Made by a program: the position numbers and the translations under genes. Positions 61,459 to 64,000 of a stretch of 64,000 nucleotides of DNA are shown here, piece after piece (the stretch's first letter is position 1; every line of letters begins with the position of its first letter). Origin of the DNA: Zygnema circumcarinatum SAG 698-1b (Eukaryota; Plantae; Zygnematophyceae); contig CM074816.1 of assembly GCA_037447605.1 (NCBI GenBank), positions 1,392,525 to 1,456,524 of the forward strand. The letters are read 5' to 3'. The notes under the pieces are model-generated. The model made no database searches. It saw only the letters and a list, made by a program, of their open reading frames with translations, and was not told the DNA's origin.

Positions 61459-62331
61459 TGTGAATGTAAAACTTGTCCTTATTTCTCTTTCAATTTTTTC
61501 CATCTCATCCTTATGAGATTTTCCTTTCTTAGACATTTTCGACAATTTCAATCATTCAAGGAACAACACATATATCCCAAAAGCTTTTTTCCAAAATTTA
61601 ACAAAATTTAAATTTAACAATTTAATTTCAAGCGTGCTACGCTTCTCTCAAAGCTCCAGTCAACAAAGACACAGAAAACGATAGTCTTATTTATGACTTT
61701 CTTAAATTTAGTCGCTAAAAGCATAACATGATTAACAACATGAATTGTATGATCAAAGGGTTTAGGGATTCATGTCACTTGCTAAGTACGTAATATGTGT
61801 GATTCTATTTGGTATCGTATTTTTGTTCAAAATTCTCGTACAAATCTATGTCTGATTGTATGGAGCATTTCCACCAAGTTCAATTTAATCTTTCTACTGC
61901 ACCATTGTTTTCAGGACAATGTGGTGTAGTGAATTGCCTTTTGATCCTTGCATTCTTACAATGTTGATGGCGATGATGCATGCCATCAAATGTACATGCA
62001 CAACAACAACAACATGGGACATGGAATTGTGCGCTTCATCATTGCACAAGAGCGTCTAGGAGACGGCCAAAAATGTGGGAGCGGTTGAACGGACACCTGT
62101 ACGGGAAACCAATTGATGACGTCAGTATTCATGCGGAGGACCAGGACACGTGGCAGCTTTTGAACGCACCTCGACATGCAAATATAAGTCGTTGGCAGTT
62201 CTACATCACTTTGCGCCTTCTCAACATATTCGTACCGTAAGGTCCTCTATGTTATTATCCCGTAGGCGGCATTACATCACGTGATGTAATGGTGAGCAAC
62301 TTTGTACATCACCGTATGTAACGAGGGCTGC

Positions 62332-62752
62332 ATGCTAAAAAAGACAGCGACTGGCCCGAGAAGGCTGGCGGAGCTCCCGAGGTGAGTCAAAAACAAATTC
62401 TCTCAGCCAAAGATGACACGGCCGGAAATTTGCGCCAATGGGAGGAGCGGATTGTGGCTCGAATTTGTCTCGAAAGCAGGTTTGTCTCAAGGTCCGAAGT
62501 TGCCTCAGGTCGTTCGCCTGCCCGCTCGTCGCTGATTGGTCGGAGTCCACATCAACGCTCGGCGGCCGCTAAGACAGGTGCTTTTCGGGCAGACCGTAAT
62601 AACATTTTGAGCAGAAACCAAACAGACGGGCAGTCAAAGAAAAGTATTTTCGTCCAGATTGAGAAAACTGGACCGTCCGGTTGGAAAGATGTTACAGGAT
62701 GAAAAGGGACCCTGTTTCTTGGGCTGTATGAAAATATTCTTGGAGAGCTGGA
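62332..62752 (+). CDS. Possible 5' exons of an unidentified gene
   Basis: ATG at 62332, strong donor AG|GTGAGT at 62381/62382, and a phase-compatible open exon at ~62660-62752 (LRKLDRPVGKMLQDEKG...). No continuation or homology was recognised. Confidence 0.25.
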
Positions 62753-63714
62753 GGTGATGGCGGGCAGCCCGGGCAAAGCTGAAAAAAAAAGTTCGTGCCT
62801 TACAGAAGGAGGGCTTGCAGGAGGCTTTTGTTGCAGGGGCGGAGCTTCAGTTGCAAGCAGTCGGCGATATTTTCAGTATATCGTGAAATATCGACTTCTG
62901 AATCCTCTCATTTTTTGCGATACAGATTTTTGTTTACTGTATGCAGGCGACTGCAGCTACTTGTATGCTTCATCGGAATAATTGGAAAAACTAGGTTTTT
63001 TGGTAGAAACTGGTTTTTCAGAACCTGCAGTTGAATCAAGCTGCATGTTCGCTTCTCTTGGACGAGGAGACTGATTTGGGCTCTGAGAACAACGATTAAA
63101 TAAATGTGAGTATATCTAGTTCGCATTCGGGATTGCAAAAAGTCAATTTTTTTGATTTGGATGGCTCCAAAAAAATAGAATCTTGCACAAGCGTTCTCTT
63201 GCAAGATGAAGATTTTGGATATGCAGAAAAATGTGCGATTTGGTGTGATCTGATTCCTTCATCTTTCTGTAAATGTCCTTTTTTCTTAATGATGATGTCG
63301 CAAAGGATAGGAAAAGGATGATCTTTTCAGATGAGATTGAGTCGCAGGATATGGAATCTCGCCGTCATGATTCGTGCCTGCGCTGCAAATCGTTATGTCA
63401 GATCGCTTGGAACCTTGGAACGAGGAGGGGGGGGGAAAGTGGGAGGGGAAGGGGGAGGGGGAGGGGGAGGGGGAGGGGGAGAGAAGGTAGTGGGAGTGGA
63501 GTGGGAGGGAGAGAGAGAGGGAGTGGGGATGGGAGGGAGAGAGAGAGAGGGAGTGGGAGTGGGAATGGGAGGGAGAGAGAAATGGAGTGGGAGTGGGATG
63601 GAGAGAGAGAGGGAGTGGAAAAGGGAGGGAGAGGGAGTGGGAGGGAGAGAGAGGGAGTGGGAGTTGGAGGGAGTGAGTGAGTGGGAGCTGGAGAGGGAGC
63701 GGGAGAGGGAGCAA

Positions 63715-63880
63715 GAGACGGAGCAGGAGAGGGAGAGGGAGAGGGAGAGGGAGAGGGAGAGGGAGAGGGAGAGGGAGAGGGAGAGGGAGAGGGAGAGGGA
63801 GAGGGAGAGGGAGATGGATGGAGACGGAGACGGAGAAGGAGATGGAGATGGAGATGGAGATGGAGATGGAGATGGAGATA
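63715..63880. repeat. (GAGAGG)n followed by (GATGGA)n microsatellites
   Basis: Directly visible. Confidence 0.9.
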
Positions 63881-64000
63881 TGTGTGATTAAGATTGCAAC
63901 GTGTCCAATGAGCTGTTCCTTCTTCTTTTGGGCGTTCAGTGTCTCAGTACTGCTACACTGAAAGAAGTAATGGCCAACCTTTAAAGTGAAAGATCTCTAA

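Noticed and set aside
61920-62240. Transposase remnant
   Set aside because: Short ORFs without a recognisable DDE or other transposase motif, and no TIRs found.
1-64000. rRNA, tRNA, snRNA or box C/D snoRNA genes
   Set aside because: No recognisable conserved cores, cloverleaf with A/B boxes, or convincing C/D box pairs by eye; an Infernal or tRNAscan run would be needed to exclude them fully.

Overview
Eukaryotic, intron-rich nuclear DNA, most consistent with a streptophyte (charophyte alga or non-seed plant; inferred from plant-type orthologues, taxon not determinable). No rRNA, tRNA or CRISPR features were seen. Most six-frame ORFs are artefacts of CT/GA low-complexity tracts; real genes appear only after manual splicing. 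The left third (1-21 kb) holds conserved genes: the 5' part of TSR3 (-), a complete 13-exon ABC1/ADCK1-like kinase (-) and, head-to-head with it, NAT10/KRE33 (+; 24 visible exons, one GC-AG intron, part apparently lost in an assembly gap). The rest (22-62 kb) is a segmentally duplicated region. It contains three tandem DUF2921-like membrane-protein genes with a hypervariable loop, two copies of an unassigned multi-exon module, an intact GDPD4-like gene, three long-TIR MULE-like foldback elements and one short-TIR MITE. Best leads: (1) the diversified loop of the DUF2921 paralogues; (2) foldback elements just upstream of two of those genes; (3) an inverted copy of a NAT10 exon/intron just downstream of NAT10; (4) a bipartite ~80-bp motif at three unrelated loci; (5) a 32-bp TTAGGG-containing array at the NAT10 start codon. 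All family assignments come from recalled motifs; no database search was run. Ten N-gaps limit several conclusions.
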